NCBI GenBank assembly: GCA_963676915.2
Contig: CAXXVK010000060.1
Coordinates: forward strand, 153,514 to 217,513
Source of the DNA: Myxococcota bacterium
GTDB lineage: Bacteria; Myxococcota_A; SURF-8; G963663525
Length of the DNA: 64,000 bases
Reading direction: 5' to 3'
The position numbers and the translations under genes were made by a program. Under the pieces are notes generated by a model. That model did no database searches, had not been told where the DNA came from, and saw only the letters and a list, made by a program, of their open reading frames with translations. The first letter of the stretch is position 1; the number at the start of each line of letters is the position of its first letter. Positions 1 through 9,075 of this stretch are shown here, one piece after another.

Positions 1-258
1 CGATACGAACGTGATCCTTGAAAAAGCCGAAAACGCGGAGATGGTGGCAGTCATTCCTCCGAAAAAGAATCGGAAAGTTCAACGACCATACGATAAAGAG
101 CTTTATCGTGTTCGACATCTGGTCGAAAACGCTTTTCTGAAACTGAAACGATGGCGAGGAATCGCTACACGATACGCAAAAAACGCGGCATCTTTCCTCG
201 CAGCCGTTCATATCAGATGTCTCGCTCTCTGGCTTGATATCTCGTGACGACACTGCCT
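1..258 (+). mobile_element. Right-hand end of an IS5-family insertion sequence, cut by the window edge
   Basis: The transposase ORF is open to position 1 and stops at 247. The element terminus is inferred a few nt downstream, with a possible YTAR-type target CTAA at 259-262. The exact end cannot be fixed without the other IS end. Confidence 0.7.
2..247 (+). CDS. IS5-family (IS4/IS5 DDE) transposase, C-terminal fragment
   Basis: Translation ...VIPPKKNRKVQRPYDKELYRVRHLVENAFLKLKRWRGIATRYAKNAASFLAAVHIRCLALW is the characteristic C-terminal block of IS5-family transposases. The N-terminus lies outside the window. Confidence 0.85.
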   Translation, partial: DTNVILEKAENAEMVAVIPPKKNRKVQRPYDKELYRVRHLVENAFLKLKRWRGIATRYAKNAASFLAAVHIRCLALWLDIS

Positions 259-752
259 AATTTACGTACAATTGCTGGATCAAAACGTTCTCCAGAAACT
301 TCTTCCATCAGTTGCACATAAGAACCGTAGTTAAGCACTCTGTATTTCGCAACATCGGTAGGTGGGTTTTGGATGTTCACACTGTTGAAAGCTGGGCAAT
401 GAGCATGAATCAGCAATCCTTCAGCAACTGAAATAAGCGTTGCCCATTCTTCATTGGTCAGATCTTTACTTCCATCAACCAGTAACCGGCCAATGTAAAT
501 TTCCAAATTGCATGGATCTGAAGTCCAATCATGAAGATCATGTTGTATCAATCTCTGTCGAAACGTTTGATCACAGGCTTTCCCGATGTATAAAAGAACA
601 TTTCGACCATAAATAGGATGCGAGCCATATATTTGGTAAACGCCTCTTGCTGTTTCGCTATTGGTAAGTTGTTCAATTTCTGGGATATCTTCTCCGAATA
701 ACTTGAATGGACCTCTCCAACCGAGACGAATTGAAATAAGTTTTTCACACAT
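213..752 (-). CDS. GIY-YIG nuclease-like protein, with its C-terminus running into the IS end (probably truncated or altered)
   Basis: GIY-YIG-type motif GVYQIYG...(N11)...LYIGKA...FRQRL..H. The last ~15 codons are encoded antisense to the transposase 3' end. Confidence 0.55.
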   Translation of the reverse strand: MCEKLISIRLGWRGPFKLFGEDIPEIEQLTNSETARGVYQIYGSHPIYGRNVLLYIGKACDQTFRQRLIQHDLHDWTSDPCNLEIYIGRLLVDGSKDLTNEEWATLISVAEGLLIHAHCPAFNSVNIQNPPTDVAKYRVLNYGSYVQLMEEVSGERFDPAIVRKLGSVVTRYQARERDI

Positions 753-786
753 TTTGGTCCCCTTTAAACCAACCCCCGCCCCCGAC

Positions 787-951
787 CTAAAACAGCGTGT
801 AGATAAACGGGGCCGAGGCTTGGCTTGTGGCGACGAGCAGAGCGATCAGACCGAGCAGCAAGCCTAGCGGAACCATCCAGTAGACCTTGTTTTCCTTGGC
901 GAAATCCCAGAATTCTTTCAGCAATTTTCCGCTATACCCCAGTTTGCCCAT
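787..951 (-). CDS. DUF5989 / SxtK-like small membrane protein (54 aa)
   Basis: The internal Met gives MGKLGYSGKLLKEFWDFAKENKVYWMVPLGLLLGLIALLVATSQASAPFIYTLF. A basic N-terminus, one TM and the ...APFIYTLF end are typical of the small ORF found next to NodU-type carbamoyltransferases. The longer 125-aa ORF overlaps the upstream gene. Confidence 0.75.
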   Translation of the reverse strand: MGKLGYSGKLLKEFWDFAKENKVYWMVPLGLLLGLIALLVATSQASAPFIYTLF

Positions 952-1009
952 CGTCCTTGTCCTTACTTTCGACCCGGTGTTGCCGGGTTCGGATGTCTCG
1001 CCGTGGCGG

Positions 1010-2842
1010 TCAGTCCAATTCGAATTCGCTGCGCCAGTCTTTCTTTTCCTGCCATTGGGGCTGGCGCGATTTTTCCAGCAGGAACGAGCCGAGCACCAGA
1101 TCGTCCATTTCGGTGCGCATGAAACAGCGGTAGGCGTCCTCCGGAGTGCAGACGATCGGTTCACCCCGTACGTTGAAGCTCGTGTTGATCACGATACCAT
1201 ATCCCGTGCGTTTTTCGAAAGCCCGAATCAAGGCATGGTACCGGGGATGGGTTTCGGCGCTGACGGTCTGCACCCGCGCCGAGTGGTCTACATGCGTGAT
1301 GGCGGGGATATCCGAGCGCGGACGGTTCACCCATTGCAGCAGGTCGTCGGTACGCGGCGGTTCTTCCTCACCGGCCCAGCGGTCCCGGCGCACGTCGGCC
1401 ACAAGCAGCATGTAGGGCGAGGGACGATCCAACTCGAAGAAATCGCTTACGCGCTCGACGAGGCAACTTGGCGCAAAGGGCCGGAACGACTCGCGATACT
1501 TGATTTTCAGGTTCATGATCGACTGCATTTTTTCAGACCGCGCATCGCCGATGATCGAGCGTGCCCCCAGCGCTCGGGGACCGAACTCCATACGCCCGGT
1601 GAACAAACCCAATACATGTTGCTTGTCGATCACCTCGGCCAGCCGGTCCGCCCAGTGCTCTTCCGACAACCGTTCGTAAGGATATCCCTTTGATTTCAAA
1701 TAGCTTTCGATGGCGTCATCCGAAAATTCCGGGCCAAGATAACTGCCTCGCATGGCGTCGTGAACGCCGTCCGTCTCGCGGGGAATGTCGTGCAGGTTGT
1801 GGGCCACGGCCAGCGCAGCACCCAGCGCGCCTCCGGCATCGCCTGCCGCCGGTTGAATCCATATGTCCTCGAAAATCCCCGAACGCAGCAGTTTTCCGTT
1901 CGCCACGCAGTTAAGCGCCACACCTCCCGCCATACAAAGATGCTTCATTCCGGTCGTTTCTCGCGCATGTCGCGCCATTCTGAGCACGATCTCTTCGGTC
2001 ACTTCTTGAATCGAGCGGGCGAGATCCATTTCTCGGCGGGTGATCGGCGTCTCCGGTTTGCGGGGCGGTCCGTCGAAAAGTTTTGCGAAACGACGGTTGG
2101 TCATCCGTAGGCCGTCGAGGTAGCCGAAGTAATCGAGATTCATTCGGAACGAGCCGTCCTCTTTGAGATCGATCAGCTTGTCCAGAATCACATCTTTGTA
2201 GGTCGGTTCACCGTAAGGAGCAAGACCCATCAGCTTGTATTCGCCTGAATTGACACGAAAACCGGTAAAGTAGGTAAAAGCCGAATACAGCAGTCCGAGC
2301 GAGTGGGGAAAACGCAATTCTTTTAGAATTTCCAAGCGGTTGCCACGTCCGACCGCCAAGGTGGAGGTGGCCCACTCACCTACGCCGTCCACTGTCAAGA
2401 CCGCCGCTTCGCGAAACGGCGACGGGAAAAAAGCGCTGGCGGCGTGGGATTCGTGATGTTCGGGAAAATACAGTTTTTCGGGCATGGAAACGCCCGCCCG
2501 CTTCAGCGCGTTTTCGATCTCCACCGGAATCCAGAGCTTTTGTTTGATCCACAACGGCAAAGCCTTGAGATAGGGGCGAAGGCTCCAGGGCGCGGTTCCG
2601 AAATGGGTTTCGATGATACGGTGGAATTTGATCAGCGGCTTGTCGTAAAAGGCCACGGCGTCCAGTTGATCGGGACCGACGCCGCCTTCAGCCAGGCAAT
2701 AGCGAATGGCGTGGATCGGGAACGAATGGTCGTGCTTGACGCGAGTGAAACGCTCTTCCTGCGCGGCGGCGACGATCCGCGCCCCGTCGAGCAGACAGGC
2801 GGCGGAATCGTGATAAAACGCGCTGATCCCGAGAATTTTCAT
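1010..2842 (-). CDS. Carbamoyltransferase (NodU/CmcH/SxtI family)
   Basis: MKILGISAFYHDSAACLL..., HHESHAASAFFPSPF, CMAGGVALNCVANG and INTSFNVRGEPIV are hallmark blocks. I prefer the ATG at 2842 over the TTG at 2854. Confidence 0.93.
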   Translation of the reverse strand: MKILGISAFYHDSAACLLDGARIVAAAQEERFTRVKHDHSFPIHAIRYCLAEGGVGPDQLDAVAFYDKPLIKFHRIIETHFGTAPWSLRPYLKALPLWIKQKLWIPVEIENALKRAGVSMPEKLYFPEHHESHAASAFFPSPFREAAVLTVDGVGEWATSTLAVGRGNRLEILKELRFPHSLGLLYSAFTYFTGFRVNSGEYKLMGLAPYGEPTYKDVILDKLIDLKEDGSFRMNLDYFGYLDGLRMTNRRFAKLFDGPPRKPETPITRREMDLARSIQEVTEEIVLRMARHARETTGMKHLCMAGGVALNCVANGKLLRSGIFEDIWIQPAAGDAGGALGAALAVAHNLHDIPRETDGVHDAMRGSYLGPEFSDDAIESYLKSKGYPYERLSEEHWADRLAEVIDKQHVLGLFTGRMEFGPRALGARSIIGDARSEKMQSIMNLKIKYRESFRPFAPSCLVERVSDFFELDRPSPYMLLVADVRRDRWAGEEEPPRTDDLLQWVNRPRSDIPAITHVDHSARVQTVSAETHPRYHALIRAFEKRTGYGIVINTSFNVRGEPIVCTPEDAYRCFMRTEMDDLVLGSFLLEKSRQPQWQEKKDWRSEFELD

Positions 2843-2885
2843 AGGTCGCGCCAAGCCTCCATCAAGTGAAACCCTTTGAAATTAC

Positions 2886-3362
2886 TTAGAATTGACGTTC
2901 GTACGAAGATTTTTTGCTGTCTCGTTCACACCAGTAACTTTCCTGGTTTCCGGGAAAGCGTCGGGCCAGTCGGTCGCGGTTTCCCCGTCGGAACAACAAG
3001 CCGAAGGGGAGAAAAAACAGCAGATACAGGGGAATCAGCGTCAGCCATCCGGCCAGCGTTCCCAACAGCCACGCCAAAGCGCCCACCGCTTTTTCGAACA
3101 CGGCAAAACCGCTCAGAGGCGACAACAGTCCCAACACCAGCGTCAATCCGGTAAACGCGAAAACGAGGATACCCAAGGTTTCGTGAACGAACAGAAACAG
3201 CAGCGGGGCGGCGATCACTCCGATGAATCCCTGCACCAGCGCCCGGTTGATCCGTCGGGACTTCAGCTCGCGAACCCGTCGCTTCGCCGTTCTACCGCTT
3301 GGATCCCAGACACTGTAAGAGGCTTCATGGCGATCCGAAGGCTGCTCCGAGGAGGAGGACAC
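2886..3362 (-). CDS. SxtJ-like multi-pass membrane protein
   Basis: 158 aa with 3-4 hydrophobic helices and a C-terminal ...FRRGNRDRLARRF....SYW motif. It lies immediately upstream of the carbamoyltransferase. Confidence 0.6.
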   Translation of the reverse strand: MSSSSEQPSDRHEASYSVWDPSGRTAKRRVRELKSRRINRALVQGFIGVIAAPLLFLFVHETLGILVFAFTGLTLVLGLLSPLSGFAVFEKAVGALAWLLGTLAGWLTLIPLYLLFFLPFGLLFRRGNRDRLARRFPGNQESYWCERDSKKSSYERQF

Positions 3363-3365
3363 CGG

Positions 3366-3947
3366 TTAACTCGCCGGAACTTCTTGGTACGTGGATTCGG
3401 GAAGTTTTTCGAAAGCTTCCTTGCCGTGCTCGAAAATGTAGGTTTTGACCTTTTCCGGCATGGTTTCGGCCTGACGAATCAACTCGACGAAGCGGTCATA
3501 GCGGCTGACCGCCCGCGAATACCAGGCGCGGGTTTCTTTTTCCACGTAGCGATCGACGATCGGCGAGCTGGCGGCATCGAGCATGTTCACGGCCTGATTG
3601 GCGGCCTGCCATTCCTCCTCGCTGAGATTCTCGCCCAAATCGCGCACGCCCAACATCAAGGTGTCGATCCACTTGGCGAACAGTGCAGCCACCTGCTTGC
3701 GGCCTTCGTTGTCGGCCTTGCTGCGGGCCAACTGAAGGGCGTGAATATTCTCGACTTTTCCGATGCCCTGCACCACGGGAACGGCCTGGCCGTCTTTGTC
3801 TTCCAGGGTGGTGCGGCCACTGGTCATGACGACCCAGGCCGGGCGATTGCCCAGATTATCCGGGATGGTGTTTTTGGTCGTGCAGGACGAGGCCAGAAAC
3901 AGAATCGAAACGAACCAGACGGTCCAGGCGAGTCTCGCGACGCTCAT
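3366..3947 (-). CDS. Lipoprotein of unknown function
   Basis: The Met at 3947 is preceded by AAGGAG. Signal peptide with lipobox LASSC. The stop is 4 nt from the SxtJ-like start, which looks like an operon. Confidence 0.6.
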   Translation of the reverse strand: MSVARLAWTVWFVSILFLASSCTTKNTIPDNLGNRPAWVVMTSGRTTLEDKDGQAVPVVQGIGKVENIHALQLARSKADNEGRKQVAALFAKWIDTLMLGVRDLGENLSEEEWQAANQAVNMLDAASSPIVDRYVEKETRAWYSRAVSRYDRFVELIRQAETMPEKVKTYIFEHGKEAFEKLPESTYQEVPAS

Positions 3948-4124
3948 GCGGTTTTCTCCTTCGCTGACATCTACGAACATTCATGTACGTTGCATTGTAG
4001 CCAGACGCCGGGGAAGGTCAAGTCGGGTGACACCGGGACTTGTCACGGAGCGGAATATTCTGTAGTTTCAATGGGCTGGTGATTTCGATCGTTTGATGAA
4101 AACTTCAACCGGGGCAGAGCCATC

Positions 4125-5672
4125 ATGAATCGAATCTTCTTGTTTTTTGGCTTTTTGATCTGTGGAATTCTCCTTGGATGCGGGGGGAGCGATACCAGCG
4201 GTACGCCATTTTCGAACGAGGAGGGGGATTCGGAATCTTCCGGGTACGAAACGGATGAAGATTTTCCTATGGTACATGGTGACATGGACTCGGAGGAACA
4301 CGAGGCCGTGCTTCCAGGAGATGAAGAGACCGTGGAAAACCTGGATGTTTCGGACGACGACCCGGATCATTTCGAAAACGATTCAACCGAAGAGTACGAC
4401 GAAGCCTTTGAAGCGGAAGAAGCCGAGGAGGCTCTCGAAGTCGAAGCCGACGATTCCGGAGATTTCGCCTGCGACCGCCTCGAATTCTGCCCGAGTAACC
4501 ATGTGTGCAACCTGGCGTTGGGACGTTGTGAAAAGCGCAGTACTTATGTTGAAACCGGCAATGAGTTCTTTGACTTCCATCCGAAAAAGGCGCGGAACGG
4601 GGATCTCCTGGTGATCGACGGCCAGGCGTTTTACACCACGTTGATGGGCAATTTCTCGGTCAAAGTCTGGATCGGTCCTACGGAATTGACGTTTTTGCAA
4701 TACCTCGCCTGGGACGAAAACCGTCTGCTGGTCCGTATTCCCAACGGCGCTTCGGGAAAAATCGGCGTGCAATGCGAAAACGGGTTCTTTTTGCAAAGTG
4801 CCGAAGATTTCGAGTCGGCTCCCGAAGGCGTGCTTACCTGTGACGATTCCTCACCCCAGGCTCGCGGCGTGGCGGCGGAGTTTCCCACGCAAAGCGGTCC
4901 GTACGCTCCGGCCTACCTGGATTACACCAACGAAGGCATTCGCGTCTTTTATCCGGCGTCTTGCGGATCGTTGCGAAGACCAGGGGTTGCGGGAAGTTAT
5001 CCGCTGGTGACGATTCTGCATGGAAACGGAGCGGGACACGTCAATTACGAATACCTGGGGCAGTTGCTCGCCAGTCGGGGGTTCGTGGTGATCAATCCGC
5101 CCAGTACTCACACCAACCAATACGACGAGGAAGTCATCCGGTTGATCAAAACCACGATCGAGACATTCCACGACCGGGATCTTGGAACCATCCATCAGGC
5201 ACTTTCGGGACTTTCCACCAATGGCGATCTGGGCTTCATCTGTCATTCAAGGGGCTGTGGCCGCGAGCAGGAATTGCTCGGCGATTATCCAAGCCTTGCC
5301 GCCGATACTCTGGCCTCGGTTTATTTGGGACCGGTGGGCAACAATGATGTGGTTCCGGGCGCGATCATGGTGTTCGGTGGAACCGTGGACGGTCAGAGTT
5401 TTGCAAGCTACTACAACGGCGATTACCAACGACAGTCCGCGCCGAAATGGAAGATCGAAATCCAGGGAGGCAATCACAGCTTGTTCGCCGATGCGAAAAC
5501 CTATTCGACCATGGACGGCGTCCCCTCGGTTTCACGCCAGAGACAGCTTGCAATCACGGCATCGTTCGCCATTCCATTCATGGAGCGAGCTTTCGGAAAA
5601 ATCGAAAATCACGCCGAATGGCTTGATAACCCGCCCGCCAGCTCGCATTACACCGTTGAATCGGACCCGTAA
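4125..5672 (+). CDS. Lipoprotein with an acidic linker and a C-terminal alpha/beta-hydrolase-like domain
   Basis: Lipobox LLGCGGS, then a D/E-rich low-complexity stretch. VTILHGNGAGH...GFVVINP and GFICHSRGCG resemble an oxyanion/nucleophile-elbow arrangement (a GxSxG variant). Confidence 0.6.
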   Translation: MNRIFLFFGFLICGILLGCGGSDTSGTPFSNEEGDSESSGYETDEDFPMVHGDMDSEEHEAVLPGDEETVENLDVSDDDPDHFENDSTEEYDEAFEAEEAEEALEVEADDSGDFACDRLEFCPSNHVCNLALGRCEKRSTYVETGNEFFDFHPKKARNGDLLVIDGQAFYTTLMGNFSVKVWIGPTELTFLQYLAWDENRLLVRIPNGASGKIGVQCENGFFLQSAEDFESAPEGVLTCDDSSPQARGVAAEFPTQSGPYAPAYLDYTNEGIRVFYPASCGSLRRPGVAGSYPLVTILHGNGAGHVNYEYLGQLLASRGFVVINPPSTHTNQYDEEVIRLIKTTIETFHDRDLGTIHQALSGLSTNGDLGFICHSRGCGREQELLGDYPSLAADTLASVYLGPVGNNDVVPGAIMVFGGTVDGQSFASYYNGDYQRQSAPKWKIEIQGGNHSLFADAKTYSTMDGVPSVSRQRQLAITASFAIPFMERAFGKIENHAEWLDNPPASSHYTVESDP

Positions 5673-5902
5673 GAGGCCGTTTTCGCCACACTATTTTGCA
5701 AGAAGCGTCTCGGAAGGGTAAATTTCTTTAACCTGTTGATATGTAAGCTTTTTACGGATTCGTCATTGGTTTCTGGCAAAAGACTTTGACCAAGAACGTT
5801 ATAGTGTTGGCGGTTTTCCCTTGACTTCGATCCGCTAGATACATAATTATTCCGTAATCGACCATGGGGAGTTTCTGGATTTCCAGGAGAAAGGTTCAGT
5901 TT

Positions 5903-6079
5903 ATGGCCTCCGAGGAACAGTACGAAATATTTAACGATTACTTCTCCGAAGACGCGATTGAAAGCCTCTTCGATAATCTTCCCCAAGAAACGTTGGATGA
6001 GCTTTTACAGGTTGTCCAGCTTGTGGACAAGAAAATGGGGATGTATAAAAAGAAAATCAAGGAGTTAGAGACGAAATAG
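5903..6079 (+). CDS. Small acidic protein (58 aa), hypothetical
   Basis: AGGAGA lies 12 nt upstream of the ATG, and a strong terminator hairpin follows at 6101-6141. There is no recognisable family. Confidence 0.35.
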   Translation: MASEEQYEIFNDYFSEDAIESLFDNLPQETLDELLQVVQLVDKKMGMYKKKIKELETK

Positions 6080-6100
6080 ATCGGTTGAGGATTTTCGCCT

Positions 6101-6141
6101 ACGAACCTCGTAAACGTCGTTTTGCGAGGTTCGTTTCGTTT
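6101..6141 (+). terminator. Intrinsic terminator
   Basis: ACGAACCTCG / CGAGGTTCGT 10-bp stem followed by TTCGTTT. Confidence 0.6.
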
Positions 6142-6289
6142 GGTGACCAGACGTTACGGATAGTTGAATTTCCCATGATTTTGATGATGGTCCGATATTG
6201 TACCTTATCGGGCTTGGTGATATGCTGAATCGTTTTCTAGGAGCCGCAATCGGCGCCTTTTTTCACTCGATACGACGTGGAGGATAACC

Positions 6290-8260
6290 ATGCCTGAACG
6301 GCAGTACACATGGAATGACCGACAATGGCAGGCGGAAGAGGGACTCAGCGCGGCGGATATTCTGGCCGCTGGAGGAATCGAACTGACCGCCGACACCGTC
6401 GCTGCAAAATACAACGATGACCTGATCGAACTTTCCCGCACGCTCACCGAAGGCGGTAGCTTGGAACCGGTGGAACTCGACAGCGAAGACGGACTCGAAG
6501 TGATGCGCCACACGGCGGCCCACGTCATGGCGCAGGCGATTCTTCGGGTATTCCCCGAGGCGAAACTGGCTATCGGTCCTACCGTGGAAAACGGTTTCTA
6601 CTACGACATCGATTTCGGCGACAAGGAGTTTTCTTCCAGCGATTTCAAGCGTATCCAGTCGGAGATGCAAAAGATCGTCAAGAAGAAATTCCCCATCGAA
6701 CGCAAAGAAGTCAGTCGGGATGAAGCCCTCGCGATGTGGGAGCCGGAAGGGGAAATCTACAAAGTCGAACTGATCCAGGATCTTCCCGAAGGCGAGACGA
6801 TCAGCACCTATACCCAGGGTGAATTCACCGACCTCTGTCGCGGTCCCCACACTCCCCATACGGGTTTCGTGCGGGCGTTCAAACTGATGAGCGTGGCCGG
6901 AGCCTATTGGCGAGGCGATGAAAAGCGCCAGCAGCTCACTCGTATTTACGGAACCGCGTGGCCGACGAAAGATGCGCTGAAAGACTATCTCCACCGCCTG
7001 GAAGAAGCCGAGAAACGCGACCATCGTAAGCTTGCCAAGCAACTGGAATTGTTCATGATTTCCGAGGAAGCGGGCAAGGGACTTCCCCTGTGGATGCCCA
7101 ACGGAACGATTATTCGGGAAGAACTCGAAAAACTGGCCAAGGAAAAAGAATTCGACTACGGATACGAGCGCGTGGCGACGCCGCACATTACCCGGCAGGA
7201 ACTGTATTTCCGTTCCGGGCATTTGCCATACTACAAGGATTCGATGTTTCCTCCGTTGTCCATGAAAGACAAGGACAAAGATGAGGATGAAGTGTTCTAT
7301 CTCAAGCCGATGAACTGCCCTCACCATCACATGATTTACGCCGCTCGTCCGCGTTCCTACCGTGAACTGCCGTTGCGGCTTTCGGAATACGGTCAGGTGT
7401 ACCGCTACGAGAAATCCGGTGAGCTGGCGGGAATTTTGCGCGTACGGGGAATGTGCATGAACGACGCTCACCTGTACGTCCGCGAAGACCAGTTGAAAGA
7501 GGAATTCCAGCTCGTGATGCAGATGCACAAAGAGTACTACGAGCTGTTCGGCCTGAAAGACTACTACATGCGGCTTTCGCTGGGCGACCCGGAAGACGAC
7601 AAAAAATACTTCAAAGACGATGCTCTGTGGCGCAAGGCCGAAAAAATTTGTGCCGAGGCGATGGACGCGGCCGGAATGAATTACAAAACCGTGCGCGGCG
7701 AGGCGGCGTTCTACGGTCCCAAGGTTGACGTACAATTCAAGAACGTGATGGGACGCGAGGAAACCAACGGCACGAACCAGGTCGATTTCCTGGCCGCCGA
7801 GCGTTTCAATCTGCGCTACATCGGTTCCGACGGACAAGAGCACAAACCGGTGGTACTGCATCGCGCCCCGTTGGGAACCCACGAACGCTTCATCGCTTTT
7901 CTGATCGAGCACTTCGCGGGTGCGTTCCCGCTGTGGATGAGCCCCAAACAGGTGGTGGTGATTCCCGTTGCAGCGGCGTTTGCCGACTATGCCCACAAAC
8001 TCAGCGCCGATCTGCGGGCGGCACGGATTCGCTCGGAAGTGGACGACTCGACCGAAACCCTCAACAAACGCATTCGCACGGCGATCACTCATTGGAAGAC
8101 CCCTTGCGTGCTGGTGGTCGGAGAGCGGGAAATGACTCAGGAAGCCGTCACGCTGCGCCAGTACGGTATCAAAGAGCAGAAACAGATGCCGTACACCGAG
8201 TTCAAAGCCTGGGCCTTGGAACAAATCCGTACCCGTGCTTTACCGGATCGGGAGTTGTAA
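6290..8260 (+). CDS. thrS: Threonine--tRNA ligase
   Basis: TGS-like N-terminus, editing-domain MRHTAAHVMAQAI, class II motifs (PMNCPHHHMIY, YRYEKSGEL, FYGPKVD) and an anticodon-binding C-terminus. GGAGGA lies upstream of the ATG. Confidence 0.97.
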   Translation: MPERQYTWNDRQWQAEEGLSAADILAAGGIELTADTVAAKYNDDLIELSRTLTEGGSLEPVELDSEDGLEVMRHTAAHVMAQAILRVFPEAKLAIGPTVENGFYYDIDFGDKEFSSSDFKRIQSEMQKIVKKKFPIERKEVSRDEALAMWEPEGEIYKVELIQDLPEGETISTYTQGEFTDLCRGPHTPHTGFVRAFKLMSVAGAYWRGDEKRQQLTRIYGTAWPTKDALKDYLHRLEEAEKRDHRKLAKQLELFMISEEAGKGLPLWMPNGTIIREELEKLAKEKEFDYGYERVATPHITRQELYFRSGHLPYYKDSMFPPLSMKDKDKDEDEVFYLKPMNCPHHHMIYAARPRSYRELPLRLSEYGQVYRYEKSGELAGILRVRGMCMNDAHLYVREDQLKEEFQLVMQMHKEYYELFGLKDYYMRLSLGDPEDDKKYFKDDALWRKAEKICAEAMDAAGMNYKTVRGEAAFYGPKVDVQFKNVMGREETNGTNQVDFLAAERFNLRYIGSDGQEHKPVVLHRAPLGTHERFIAFLIEHFAGAFPLWMSPKQVVVIPVAAAFADYAHKLSADLRAARIRSEVDDSTETLNKRIRTAITHWKTPCVLVVGEREMTQEAVTLRQYGIKEQKQMPYTEFKAWALEQIRTRALPDREL

Positions 8261-8289
8261 CCTCTGTAAAACACGGCTAGATTTTTGAA

Positions 8290-8325
8290 GGGACAGGTTC
8301 CGGTCGGAGCTTGTCCCTTTTTTTG
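8290..8325 (+). terminator. Intrinsic terminator of thrS
   Basis: GGGACAG...CTTGTCCC stem followed by TTTTTTT. Confidence 0.75.
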
Positions 8326-8394
8326 TCCCATGGATTGGAGAGACATGTTACCATGCGAATAATGAACGAATTCAATCGTGGAAAGGGGATGCCG

Positions 8395-8880
8395 ATGGAT
8401 AGAAAAATCAACCTTGCGGATGTATTGGATATTGCCGTTCGGATCGAGGAAGAAGGATCGCGTTTTTACAAGAAAGCAGCCGAACTGGAAACGAATGAAG
8501 ACCTTTCAAAAATGTTCGAAAGGTTATCCAAAGAAGAGCTGGCGCACGCCCAGAGCTATCGACAAAAAAAAGAGCAATTGGGCGAAACCGAGGATCTTTT
8601 TCACACCGAGCTTTCCAAAGAGATCGAGGAATTCATTCATTTTACGCTCAAAGGAGATTTTTTCGATCTGGAAGTCGGCAAACAGTATTTTACCAAACCG
8701 CATTCCAGTGTGGAGATCATCCAAACGGCCATCGACATGGAAAACCGCAGCATTTCTTTTTACGCAGCCTTGCGACAGTCGGCAGCCAACCCGGAAACTA
8801 GGAAAATGATCAACGGCATCATGAATGAAGAACTTTTCCACGTTGTGCGTTTGGGAAAACGTTTGGAAATGCATTTATAA
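8395..8880 (+). CDS. Ferritin-like / rubrerythrin-type diiron domain protein
   Basis: Two half-sites, each with a Glu plus an ExxH (EEEGSRFY...EELAH; MENRSISFY...EELFH). The start is placed after the thrS terminator with AGGGGA 6 nt upstream; 8389 is an alternative. Paralogue of 38893-39348. Confidence 0.75.
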   Translation: MDRKINLADVLDIAVRIEEEGSRFYKKAAELETNEDLSKMFERLSKEELAHAQSYRQKKEQLGETEDLFHTELSKEIEEFIHFTLKGDFFDLEVGKQYFTKPHSSVEIIQTAIDMENRSISFYAALRQSAANPETRKMINGIMNEELFHVVRLGKRLEMHL

Positions 8881-9075
8881 GGCGAATCCGTCGGTCCGTT
8901 GGGTAAAATTGCCCAACCTCCGAATTTTTCCCAGCATTTGCATTCTTACCCTGAAAACATCTTCCGAAGGAAACCTTCTTGCTCCGTTCGGCGGGAATGT
9001 GCTAGGTTGAGCAAGACTATACCCTGAGATGCCATTTTCACGGCCTCGCCCACCACGATCCGAGGAGGTTCGTCG

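Noticed and set aside
6263-8224. Very long antisense ORFs opposite real genes. Examples are 6263-8224 opposite thrS, 59384-61261 opposite MCP4, 61640-62968 opposite cheA, 24167-25345, 55678-56562, 15110-16138, 887-1693 and 2892-4082.
   Set aside because: Their translations are low-complexity and rich in R/G/H/F/V, with no recognisable motifs. Each lies exactly opposite an ORF with strong family signatures. These are typical shadow ORFs in GC-biased coding sequence.
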